A DNA stretch of 64,000 bases from Cyanophora paradoxa CCMP329 (taxonomy: Eukaryota; Plantae; Glaucophyta), in NCBI GenBank assembly GCA_004431415.1, contig QPMI01000103.1, positions 1 to 64,000 on the forward strand, written 5' to 3'. Shown piece by piece: positions 37,829 to 46,977 of this stretch (within the stretch, counting starts at the first letter, position 1; each line of letters starts with the position of its first letter). The notes below the pieces were generated by a model. The model was not told where the DNA came from and did not search any database. It saw only the letters and a list, made by a program, of their open reading frames with translations. Position numbers and translations under genes: made by a program.

Positions 37829-38520
37829 GCCGACCAGGCGGAGCAGCGCCGAGTCGCCGAGCGAGCCGCGGCTCGCCAGTCCCGGCCACCATCCCCACCC
37901 GCGAGCGCGACGGACCTGTCGGGTCCACCCGTGCCGCCGGAACCAGAATTCCACGTCCGCCGCGCCCGACCTAGCTTCCCGCGCGACCGGGCCCTGGAAT
38001 TCTTCCGGCCAAAGACACTGCACATTCACGGCAGCATTGCTATGCGCCTGCCGAACGGCCGCTCCGGCGCTGAACGGCCCGCTCGCATTGTTGTCGACAC
38101 GGGCGCCCAGGGAACTGTAGTTCCCCAGGAAGTCCTCGACCGCCTGCCGCCCGACGAAGTCAATTACGTCGAGGGCCACACGATAGTCCGCGGTTTCATG
38201 GACCGGGACAAAATTCGTTGTCGCCGCGCCGACGTAGTCTTCGTCCTGGGCTCGCTCCGCTTCTGCCGCCGCGTCTTCGTCGTCCCGCGCGGCGCCATGG
38301 GCGTTGAGCCGGACATTCTGCTCGGCCTGGACGCGATCCAGGCCGTCCACGGCCAAATCGACACGACGCTGTCCGGGTGGTGCCTCCGGGCCCGTGACCA
38401 CCTGCACCGCGAAGTCGTCGTCCCTTTTCGGCTCCGGACCAGCTTGGGATCCTGGTCCGAGTCCTGGGACCAGTAAAGCTCCCCGTCGGAGAGGCCCTTG
38501 TCCCATGCACGCTCAATGGG
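37829..38520 (+). pseudogene. Gypsy aspartic protease segment (5' part of pol)
   Basis: Motifs IVVDTGAQGTVV and DILLGLDAI. After a 1-nt shift near 38445 the frame VRVLGPVKLPVGEALVPCTLNG continues across the LINE TSD into QGPATRELPHLYVEP at 46978 onward. Confidence 0.88.
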
Positions 38521-38628
38521 AAAAAAAAAAAAATTTGCTCGGATAGGTCCGGCCAGGCAGGGAGGGGGTTGCCCCCCGCCCCACGCGCCGCTGTTTCCAG
38601 CGGCTCGGCCGGACCCTAGGCGCTTTAT

Positions 38629-40230
38629 TTACGATACCTTAGGCAGTCGTCCCATGTCTCCGTATCTCAGGTAGTTCTTGAAAGCTCGTACCGCGAGCGT
38701 TTCCACTACTGCCGTCTCGTGGCACGCTGTCCCCGGGGCGTGGTATTCTTGGCAGTGGTCGCAGTGGCCCTCTCCGCGTATCCGATCGAGTTCCCGCGCC
38801 GCGATACGGTGCGATTCGAGTTCGCGTTTTCGCTTTCGATTCCGGGTCGGGTCGGGCGGGTTCGAATCCGGCCGGTCCTCATTCTCCGCTTCTTGCATCG
38901 CTGTCGCTCCCCCGACCTCTGCCGCGCTCGGCGTCCCAGCAGCGTCCTCGGGATGTCCTCCTGCAGCATCTGGGTCGGCCTCGCTGCCAACCGTCGGTGC
39001 TCGGTTCCCCTTCGGTGCGCGCTTGCTTCCCTGCGTGATCCCCCACACTCGGGACTCATGCTTGCTCGTTGTTTTGCTTCTCGGCTTCCAGATCTCGCTG
39101 TGTACTTCCGTGAGCACCGTCTCCGCCAGCTGCCGGCAGACCGGTATGGTCTCTGCTTCGGCGAATCCCAGGTCGACTAAGACTCTGTCCATGTCGTTCG
39201 GCAGCAGGCCCTGGAGTACCCGCATGTGATCCAGGTCGTGCGCGCTGCGCCAACCCTTGTGCTCGCCTTGCATGTCGTGCCATGCGCCCGGATAGCTATT
39301 GCCCGCCTCCGGCGCGTGCGCGTACCTCCGGCTGAAGTCGTAGCACCGCATTCTCGCCGACAGGCTCTTCTCGGCTACCGGGCGCGCCTCGTAGACGCGT
39401 TCTAGGTCGAGGCTCGCCTGCTCCACCGATTTGGTTGGCTGCTCGAGGTGCGCCGCCTTGCGCTTTCGGGCCCGGGCGTTCGGGGGCTGCTCGGAGCCCT
39501 CTGACCGTTCTGCCCGCTCCTTCGCCTCCTCAGCTGCGTCGAGCGCTCTGCGCGCCGCCCCCACGACCTTCTTGTCGTACAGTTTCAGGAGCTCCTCGTC
39601 AACTGCTTTCTGGATGCGGGCGTGAGCGGTGGGCAGGCTGGGGCATTCGATCAGGTAGTGGCGCAGCGTCTCCTTGGGTTTGGCCTCGCTCGCGGCGCAC
39701 CGCAGGCACTCCCCTTCTGACTTCCCCTCGTATAGGTCCGGGCGGTCGCGCAGGCGTTCGGGCATCAGTGGCAGCCCGTCGATCAGCGCCTTCACGCCGT
39801 GCGCCCGCCACTTGTGCCTGTAACCGCTTAACTTGCGGTGCCAGTACTTGACGCTCAGCAGCTCGAGCGCTTGCTTGGGGCTTCCGAGCGCGTTCCGCAG
39901 GGCTTCGCCCGTCCGTCTCAGTTGAGTCCACTTGACGAAGCTCCGCACCGCGTGTTGCATTCTGATGTATCTGCAGGGGTCGATCTCAACCCGCTCGCCC
40001 TGGTGGATGAGCTCGAAGCCCGTGGACTCGGGGGGTACGAGTACGTCGGCCCGGTACGTCATGTGCTCGCCGGTGGTGGGGTTGATGAGGGGCATGTTCG
40101 CTGCTGCCTTCGCGCGCAGGTCGACTTCCTTGTGGATCTCGTCGTTGGGGTCGTGGCCCGGCACCCACACTACTTCCACTCCTGCGTCCTCCGCCTTCCT
40201 GCCCCGCGGAGCTCCATCACCGCGCGCCAC
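38629..40230 (-). CDS. LINE polyprotein part 3: RNase H C-terminus, zinc finger, tail (frameshifted continuation)
   Basis: WVPGH…EVDLRAK; CLRC…ETLRHYLIEC; terminal CDHC…H…C. It joins part 2 through a 1-nt shift at a G run near 40203. Confidence 0.85.
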   Translation of the reverse strand: MARGDGAPRGRKAEDAGVEVVWVPGHDPNDEIHKEVDLRAKAAANMPLINPTTGEHMTYRADVLVPPESTGFELIHQGERVEIDPCRYIRMQHAVRSFVKWTQLRRTGEALRNALGSPKQALELLSVKYWHRKLSGYRHKWRAHGVKALIDGLPLMPERLRDRPDLYEGKSEGECLRCAASEAKPKETLRHYLIECPSLPTAHARIQKAVDEELLKLYDKKVVGAARRALDAAEEAKERAERSEGSEQPPNARARKRKAAHLEQPTKSVEQASLDLERVYEARPVAEKSLSARMRCYDFSRRYAHAPEAGNSYPGAWHDMQGEHKGWRSAHDLDHMRVLQGLLPNDMDRVLVDLGFAEAETIPVCRQLAETVLTEVHSEIWKPRSKTTSKHESRVWGITQGSKRAPKGNRAPTVGSEADPDAAGGHPEDAAGTPSAAEVGGATAMQEAENEDRPDSNPPDPTRNRKRKRELESHRIAARELDRIRGEGHCDHCQEYHAPGTACHETAVVETLAVRAFKNYLRYGDMGRLPKVS

Positions 40231-42149
40231 AGCCGGTACTCTGCTTCGTAGCTATCCCGTGTGTCTTTGCGCGCTGACTTCCGCCTGTAGTATCGCACCC
40301 GGGTGGCGAAGTTCCGTACGACGGAGAGGTTGTCGCAGTGTACCCTCACCATCTTGTTGAGCGGTGCGATCAGCGTCGCGAGTATGGCCCCGTGTAGCTC
40401 GGCTTTATAATTGGACAGCTGCCCTCGCAGCCTCCCACCGTACTGCATGTGCGGTTCCTGGGGGTCGTATACGGCGTACCCCGCTCTCGCCTTACCGGCC
40501 TTGCCCAGGTCGAAGGTGGATCCGTCGGAGTCGATCCGGTACTCCTCCTGTCCTTCGCGTTCGGCGATCCGGGTCTGCATCCCTTCTGTACCCGCTTCCA
40601 GGATGGCTTCCTTACGCATCTCGTAGATCTGCCATATCGTCGCTCCCAGCAGCGCTTCGGGGCCCGCTTCCTCCTCTTCGTCTCCGGCCTCGGCGGGATC
40701 CTCCGGCTCGGGGGCGGCCGCTGTCTGCTCCCGAGTGTCGTTCTCTTCCGTCCCTCTCTCTCGCTTGGCGGTCGGCTGTACCCGTCTCCGTTTGCTTTGC
40801 TTCTGCACCCGTTTCCCTTCCTTGGCTGGGGCTGCGCGGGCTCGCAGTTGGTACCGACTTCTCCCTGCAGCCTGCACCTGCGGCGGGTCTACGTCGTCGG
40901 GCCTTGGTGGGCCTCCGGGGTCCTCGCTCATGTCCGATTCGCGATCTGATTCTACCGCCTCCATCCCGCCCGTCCTCCAGGCGTTCAGCTCCTCGGTCTC
41001 GGGGGGCAGGCGCACCCGCGGCGGCCGCTCCTCGTCTCTGTCGGTTTCCGTCTGACGTTCGTACCGGACGCCCCACAGTGGGAAGAGCGCCTTTACTCTC
41101 TCATCGTACTCGCAGTTCTCGGGGTCAAAGTTCATGCTGCGTACTTCGGGGTCCGCCGGGTCCGCTTCCCTCGCCCAGCAGCACGTTCCGTCGCACTTTT
41201 CCCAGATCGTGTTTGCCTGACTGTTCTTGTCGCGGGGTACGTAGTGCGCGATGCGCGCAACTTGCGTTCCGTTCGAGTCCATCCTCGTGCTCATTACTAG
41301 CGCGAGTTCTTCGTTTCCTGGTATGTCGTTGGCTACCAGGGCGAAGGTGCCAGGTCGGATGTCATGTCCCTTAGCGAAGACTGACTGCGTAGCGGCCGCT
41401 CGCAGGCTTTGTTTGAGTTCCGTGCCCCCCTCCTTGCAGAGGTGCGTTCGGAGGAGCCTGTACCATTCTGGTTCGCTCCACGCTCGTGATCTTGCCTTTT
41501 CCCAGGTCTTCCAGGGCAGGAGGTGGGTCCCATTCGGCGCCCTCACCTGCGCTACTTGGAGGAGTCCCCGCTCCATTAAGTGGGGAGCCATCTTCGCGTA
41601 GTCGCGCGACGGGACGTGGCTCTGAATCGTGTCCGCCGGTGCGGCCGGGGCGAGATCCGGGTGGGTGGTCTTGATCGTGTACCCCGCGCGCCCCGCCACG
41701 TGTATCGTGTGCGCCATCAGGTGCTCTTTCTGAAGGTACCGGGCCAGCTCCGTCTGCTCCAGCGGATTCAGGTTGGTTCCCATTGCCTCTTTGAGGGCCA
41801 GTAGCCGCTCCATGCGTACCTTCCCCACTAAGCTGTTCGTGTCGCGCAGCTGCGCCAGCAGCGTCGTCAGCTGTTCTTCGAGCTGCAGCGCGCGAAGGTT
41901 GAACAGGCCGTAGGGCGCCGGCGACGTCATCATATCGTTTGTTACGCTTTTGCTCAGCTCCGCGTGGTGTTTAACTACCGACCGCCAGGTGCGCTCCAGC
42001 TCGTCGACGTCTGCATCGCTGAGCTTCGCCATCTTCACCGCGTAGCGTAGGAATCCCTGCACCAGCGTGTTCACCAGGTACACGCTCTCCTCCTCGTACA
42101 CTGTCTTTGTTCTGAGCACGGCCGCGGTCGCTCGCAGCTTCTCCTTCAT
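40170..42149 (-). CDS. LINE polyprotein part 2: post-RT region and N-terminal RNase H (frameshifted continuation)
   Basis: RNase H acidic motifs IDSDGS, YKAELHG and HCDNLSV. It joins part 1 through a 1-nt shift at a C/G run near 42162. Confidence 0.85.
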   Translation of the reverse strand: MKEKLRATAAVLRTKTVYEEESVYLVNTLVQGFLRYAVKMAKLSDADVDELERTWRSVVKHHAELSKSVTNDMMTSPAPYGLFNLRALQLEEQLTTLLAQLRDTNSLVGKVRMERLLALKEAMGTNLNPLEQTELARYLQKEHLMAHTIHVAGRAGYTIKTTHPDLAPAAPADTIQSHVPSRDYAKMAPHLMERGLLQVAQVRAPNGTHLLPWKTWEKARSRAWSEPEWYRLLRTHLCKEGGTELKQSLRAAATQSVFAKGHDIRPGTFALVANDIPGNEELALVMSTRMDSNGTQVARIAHYVPRDKNSQANTIWEKCDGTCCWAREADPADPEVRSMNFDPENCEYDERVKALFPLWGVRYERQTETDRDEERPPRVRLPPETEELNAWRTGGMEAVESDRESDMSEDPGGPPRPDDVDPPQVQAAGRSRYQLRARAAPAKEGKRVQKQSKRRRVQPTAKRERGTEENDTREQTAAAPEPEDPAEAGDEEEEAGPEALLGATIWQIYEMRKEAILEAGTEGMQTRIAEREGQEEYRIDSDGSTFDLGKAGKARAGYAVYDPQEPHMQYGGRLRGQLSNYKAELHGAILATLIAPLNKMVRVHCDNLSVVRNFATRVRYYRRKSARKDTRDSYEAEYRLWRAVMELRGAGRRRTQEWK

Positions 42150-45100
42150 GTAGTCGATCTGGGTCGGCTGTCGAGGTCGACTGTCATGAACACGCCGAGA
42201 ACCTTGAGCGGGTCGTTCTCGCTCATTGTTCGTTTGATCTGCTTCCCTTCCTTGCCGATCTCCGGTGCGTTCATCGTGGGCCCGTATTTCGGGCTCGACT
42301 TCGAGTTGCGTGTCACGTATCGCGTTTTCTCGGCGCTGATCTCGATATCGTGCATATCGCAGAAATCGCTGGCGAGGCGGGCCCTCTCCGCGATTCCCTC
42401 GCGGCTCTTGGCAATCCAGTGCGTGTCGTCCGCGAAGGCCGTGTGCGTCACCTTCGCGATTCCTCGGTTCATCTCGTACGGCCCGAGCGTTCCCCCCATC
42501 TTGTTCGCCACGAAGTCCTGAGCGTGCAGCAGGGGGTCGTAGAAGATGAGCCAGTGAAGTGGCGCCTCAACTGCACCCTGGGCGAGCCCCACTTCCCTCC
42601 TGAATTCCTCCGTCGTTCCGTGCACCGTTCGTATCTTCGTGCGGTTGTTCATGTGCGAGAACCGGTGCAGCTCTATATATTCCTCGGGTATGTTCAGCCT
42701 GCGGAATGCGAGCTCCATGCTCTCCCAGCTGACCGTGTCGTAGGCCCGACGGATGTCCTGGAGGATGACGTACAGCTCCTTGTCGTACTGGTGCGCGTCC
42801 TCTAGGATTCCCTGCAGGATAAAGAGGGGGTCCTCCGTCGTTTTTCCTTTCAGGAAGCCCGAGTTCTGGCCCTTGAGCGCGCCTTGCTTCACGAGCATGT
42901 CCTGGAGGCGGTCCGCCAGTATCCCCTTCATGAGCTTGTCCCCCACCTCAAGCAACGTGATGGGCCGTACGTTCGTCAGTTTTCCGTCCCACGTTGGGAT
43001 CTTGCTGATTCCGACCGTTGTCGCCTTGTTCCACGAGTCGGGCGTCCTCCTCAGGCGGACTGCGTCGCAGATGATGAGGTAGAGCAGCTCGTTAGGGGCG
43101 CTCTCCTCCGGCCAGCTCTTGATCTGCGAGTTCTGCAGGTTCGAGTCTCCGGGGGCCGTCGGCTTCAGCGTTCGCCTTTTCTCGTTGTACTCTGCCCATC
43201 GCGGCGCGTCCATCGCTCCCTCGTATTTCAGGTGGGTCTTGGTCTTGTACATGTGCTTCCATAGTCGCTTCTCTTTGAGGGTTTGGTCGATCTTCGGATC
43301 CCGCTTTCCCCAGTACTCTTCGAAGTACTCTTTGAGGCGTCCGCGCACTGACGGGGCATCTGCTAGGACTTGTGGCCTTTTATGGTCGGGTACTTCTTCG
43401 ACAAGCGTTTCGAAGGGCACGATCCCCGTGCTTTTGCCCATCGTCGCCTGCCAGTACCTGCCAGGGTCCGTCTTGAACCACTCCCTCGTCTTGTCCCGGT
43501 ACTCCGCGCGCTTCTTCGTCTTCAGCTTTTTGTACTCCTTCGGGATTTCCCGGCGCAGTCGGTTGATGGCCGCCCCGAGCGCTTCGTGCCAGTACTGCCA
43601 TTCTGCCGTCGGTGCGCGGGGTTGGGGGAGGGGGCCGGCCGGGAGGCTTGTGCTGACCGCTTGCAGGCGCGCGAGTCGGACCTCTGGCTGCAGCCGGTGC
43701 CAGGCCCGTCTCAGCTTTCGCATCTTTAGGCTCATGTTGTGCCGTCGCGCGATCGTGGGGGGCTTGTCCGGGTCACGCGCGCTGAAGATTTCCGCGCAGC
43801 CTACTTCCACCGCCGCCCGGCCCGTCTCCTCGGCCAGTTCTTTGTACGCTTTGTCCGCCGCTTTGATTAGCTTCTGTTTCGCGGCTTCTGGTAAGGCCCT
43901 CCACTCCTCTTCGCTCTTCGGCCTCTCAATCTTTTTGTATTTGTCTAATACGGGCTTCAGGTACTCCTCTAGGATCCCGTAGTACTCCGCCCTCGCCTCC
44001 TTCTTCGCTTCCCCTGGTCCGTACAGCGATTTGAAGTTGTACCTGGGTGGCCGGTCTTTGTGTTTGATCGCGCCCGGCCCGAACATGCGCAGGTTGGCGG
44101 TCAGGTCGATGTCCGCCATCATCGGCAGGTGATCCGATTCCATGTACTCGTTGGCTCGCTCGACTTCGATGCCCGCCCGCAGCCCGTCTGCGGCCGCCGG
44201 CCCGTTCAGCAGGATCACGTCAATTCTGCTCCCCGTTTCGATCTCGTCCGGCACGCCCTCCGTCGAGCCCCGGATGTACGTCACTTCCTTCGCGTTCGGC
44301 TGCGCGACCCGGTAGGCGTCTTTCCACCCCCATTCCTCGACTCTGGCCCAGAGGTCTTCTGCGTAGTGATCGGCTCCCACCGGCGTTGCCCACCTTCCCG
44401 CGCTGATTCTGTCCTTCGTCCTTTCCGCGACCGAGTTCAGGTCGCCCATCACGATGAGCGGCTGGGGGTAGGGGTCAAGATCGACCTGCTCGTGCATCTC
44501 CTGCAGTGTCTTCATGATCTGTTCGTAATCTGCTTTCGTTTGCGCGTTCTCGTTCTTATCCGGCGGCACGTACACCGAGACCAGATGCACTTGTCTGAAG
44601 TTCGGGAGCTCGAGCTTGACGGCTACCAGGCGACCCGGGATGCGGTGCGTGACCTTCGCGTAGGGGCGCCAGCGCCTCGAGATCCATAGCAGGGCTCCTT
44701 TCTTATGTCTCGCGCCGTCCTTGTCCGCCGGGGGGCCGGACGTGAAGTAGGGCCCGATCCCCTTCTCGTCCCCCGCGTTCAGCATCTTTTCCCACTGATT
44801 TGGCCTGCCCCTGCGCAGGCAGGGTAGGTTGATCTCCTGGAGGGCTACTGCGTCGAGTCCGTACGCCTCGGCCATGCGGGGGAGGGCGCTGCGCTTCGCG
44901 TCCGTGAACGAGCAGACGTTCCTGGTGAGCAGCCGGAGGCGTCCCTGTAGCGCTTTCGCCGCCTCCTGACCGTTGAGCTGTACCTTGATCCTTGCTGCCC
45001 CGCCCAGGAAAGATGCCACCAGTCCCGTCGCGAGGCTCGGGAAGACCGTACCTTTGGCTAGTCCCTGCGCTGCTGCGGTTCCCTGCACCATTGCCAGTAG

Positions 45101-46810
45101 GATCGCTAGTACTAGCGCTAGTTCAGTTAAGTTCAGCGGTTTTACATGCATCGCCCTCTGTGGTGTCGTCTGGCTAGCTACTTCTCGGGGCTTGCTCGTG
45201 TTCTTGCACGTTCCGCTTGTCACTCTGTCCGCTGCAAGGGCGCTGTTCCCTTGCGTTCCCCCTGTCAGGAGCAGGAGGGCTAGTCGGAGGGCACTGCTGG
45301 CTCGCCGGGCCTGTCGGGTTTCCTGTCCCTTTCTCTTTGCTATCTGTCTTCTTGTTCTAGCCCTCTCCCCGTCGTGATTCTCGCCCCTGTTCTTAGTGTC
45401 CTCTCCATTTGCAGCGCTGCAGGCGGCAATGATAGCTGTTATCGTATTTACAGTCATGCTAGAGAGCCCTTGGAGTTCGGCTATGTACATTATTAGGATT
45501 ATTCCGAGCAGATTTATTATGCGCGGCAGGGGCGGGGCGCGGGGGGCTGCTTGTTGGAGCGCCTTGAGAGCCGTTCCCGCCGCTGTCCAGCGCCAGAGGT
45601 TCACTGGCTCCGGGTTCGAGTTCACCATTGCGCTTGAGCTTGTTTGTCTGCGGGCGGGCGGGCGGGGCGATGGGCCGGTCGGGGCAGTGTATTCGTCAGA
45701 GAGAGCTCGAGGGCGGGATTTGCGGACGAGCGAATCTGGATCCGGATCTTGTGTTGGCCACGCAGCTGCCGAACAGCTCGTGCCTGACTCCGCAGCTGCC
45801 GAGCAGCTCGGGCCTTCCCTTTCGCCGCCGAGCGGCTCTGGGACGTCTTGTACTGGCCACGCAGCTGCCAAGCAGCTCGTGCCTGACTCCGCAGCTGCCG
45901 AGCAGCTCGGGCCTTCCCTTTCGCCGCCGAGCGGCTCTGGGGCTTCTTGTACTGGCCACGCAGCTGCCGAGCAGCTCGTGCCTGACTCCGCAGCTGCCGA
46001 GCAGCTCGAGCCTTCCTTTTCGATCGTGATAGCGAGGTGGGGCGAGGCGGGCGGGACGGGTGGGGGCGGGATGATGTCGCACATGGTCATGTTGATCATG
46101 AAGTGAGCTCGAGGGCCCATGATCAGATCTGCGCATTCTGCGGCGGGCGGGCTGGCGATGAGCGCAGGGAGGCAGGGCGGGGCGCACAGCGTCTCTGTTG
46201 TGTTGGCGCTGGCGTTCGTTGAGGCCGGGAGCAGCATAACGATCCGGATCAAATCTGCGGTACTGGAGCACAGCAGCGCTTTCGCGGCTAGCGGGCGCGC
46301 GCGGGGGTCTAGCGCTTCGGGCATCATGGTCTCGTACGGTTTCGTGGCTGTTGAGTGGCGTTCGCGGCCGCCTGTCGTAGTCTTCAATCCCGTTCCGTTG
46401 CCGAGAGCTGTTTGAACGAGAACTGCGGTCAGCAGGGTCAGCATTGCGATTCCCATTGCGATGCGTATACAAATCGTCCTTCGTAGTGTCCTTGTCGAGC
46501 GAAGTCGGGCTCCCGGTGCTGCGTCCGTAGCGGGAAGCCGCGAGGCTTCCCGCTGCCGCGGCCTGCCCCGGTGCGGGGGGCAGGCGCGCTCGCTCGGCTG
46601 GCTGCTGGGGTCCCCGGATGCGTGTTTTGATCCGGGGCCTGGCCGCTGGCGTGTCGTTCGCTGGCGGCCGTCTTCGCTCGCAGCTCCGTGCGTCTCGGCG
46701 GCTTGTCTGGGCGCTCGGGCAGGGTGTCCCGACGCTTGCTCGCATCTTATGCTGTGGTCCTGTGGGCGTTCTCGCGCTGGCCGCTGTTGTGCGGTGACGA
46801 TGAAGTACAT
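42146..46810 (-). CDS. LINE polyprotein part 1: long N-terminal region, APE endonuclease, reverse transcriptase
   Basis: APE motifs TRNV, LQE, SVYVP, MGDLN, RIDVIL and SDHLPM. RT motifs RPITLLE, QDIRRAYDTV, GLAQGAVEAPL, FADD and LKVLGV. Confidence 0.92.
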   Translation of the reverse strand: MYFIVTAQQRPARERPQDHSIRCEQASGHPARAPRQAAETHGAASEDGRQRTTRQRPGPGSKHASGDPSSQPSERACPPHRGRPRQREASRLPATDAAPGARLRSTRTLRRTICIRIAMGIAMLTLLTAVLVQTALGNGTGLKTTTGGRERHSTATKPYETMMPEALDPRARPLAAKALLCSSTADLIRIVMLLPASTNASANTTETLCAPPCLPALIASPPAAECADLIMGPRAHFMINMTMCDIIPPPPVPPASPHLAITIEKEGSSCSAAAESGTSCSAAAWPVQEAPEPLGGEREGPSCSAAAESGTSCLAAAWPVQDVPEPLGGEREGPSCSAAAESGTSCSAAAWPTQDPDPDSLVRKSRPRALSDEYTAPTGPSPRPPARRQTSSSAMVNSNPEPVNLWRWTAAGTALKALQQAAPRAPPLPRIINLLGIILIMYIAELQGLSSMTVNTITAIIAACSAANGEDTKNRGENHDGERARTRRQIAKRKGQETRQARRASSALRLALLLLTGGTQGNSALAADRVTSGTCKNTSKPREVASQTTPQRAMHVKPLNLTELALVLAILLAMVQGTAAAQGLAKGTVFPSLATGLVASFLGGAARIKVQLNGQEAAKALQGRLRLLTRNVCSFTDAKRSALPRMAEAYGLDAVALQEINLPCLRRGRPNQWEKMLNAGDEKGIGPYFTSGPPADKDGARHKKGALLWISRRWRPYAKVTHRIPGRLVAVKLELPNFRQVHLVSVYVPPDKNENAQTKADYEQIMKTLQEMHEQVDLDPYPQPLIVMGDLNSVAERTKDRISAGRWATPVGADHYAEDLWARVEEWGWKDAYRVAQPNAKEVTYIRGSTEGVPDEIETGSRIDVILLNGPAAADGLRAGIEVERANEYMESDHLPMMADIDLTANLRMFGPGAIKHKDRPPRYNFKSLYGPGEAKKEARAEYYGILEEYLKPVLDKYKKIERPKSEEEWRALPEAAKQKLIKAADKAYKELAEETGRAAVEVGCAEIFSARDPDKPPTIARRHNMSLKMRKLRRAWHRLQPEVRLARLQAVSTSLPAGPLPQPRAPTAEWQYWHEALGAAINRLRREIPKEYKKLKTKKRAEYRDKTREWFKTDPGRYWQATMGKSTGIVPFETLVEEVPDHKRPQVLADAPSVRGRLKEYFEEYWGKRDPKIDQTLKEKRLWKHMYKTKTHLKYEGAMDAPRWAEYNEKRRTLKPTAPGDSNLQNSQIKSWPEESAPNELLYLIICDAVRLRRTPDSWNKATTVGISKIPTWDGKLTNVRPITLLEVGDKLMKGILADRLQDMLVKQGALKGQNSGFLKGKTTEDPLFILQGILEDAHQYDKELYVILQDIRRAYDTVSWESMELAFRRLNIPEEYIELHRFSHMNNRTKIRTVHGTTEEFRREVGLAQGAVEAPLHWLIFYDPLLHAQDFVANKMGGTLGPYEMNRGIAKVTHTAFADDTHWIAKSREGIAERARLASDFCDMHDIEISAEKTRYVTRNSKSSPKYGPTMNAPEIGKEGKQIKRTMSENDPLKVLGVFMTVDLDSRPRSTT
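45745..46020 (-). repeat. 102-bp (34-aa) tandem repeat x~3 in the LINE N-terminal region
   Basis: EG(P/S)SCSAAAESGTSC(S/L)AAAWP occurs three times. Confidence 0.9.
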
Positions 46811-46977
46811 GTTGACAAGGTTTGGGTGCGCGTTGCGCGGAGAAGCGGCTGATCGCTTCTATATGCTTTGGTTTGGTGTTCTAGCGTCTTTCGCAGGCCG
46901 GAGAGGCCTGGATTTGCTGTTTCGGGCGCGCTGTACAAATTTTCCGGGGTACCGGAATCCCATGCACGCTCAATGGG

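Larger units (their letters stand above)
38521..46957 (-). mobile_element. Apparently full-length non-LTR retrotransposon (APE-RT-RNase H-CCHC) with oligo(T) 3' end
   Basis: 20-bp TSD TCCCATGCACGCTCAATGGG at 38501-38520 and 46958-46977. A13 on the + strand at 38521-38533 is T13 on the coding strand. Confidence 0.95.
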
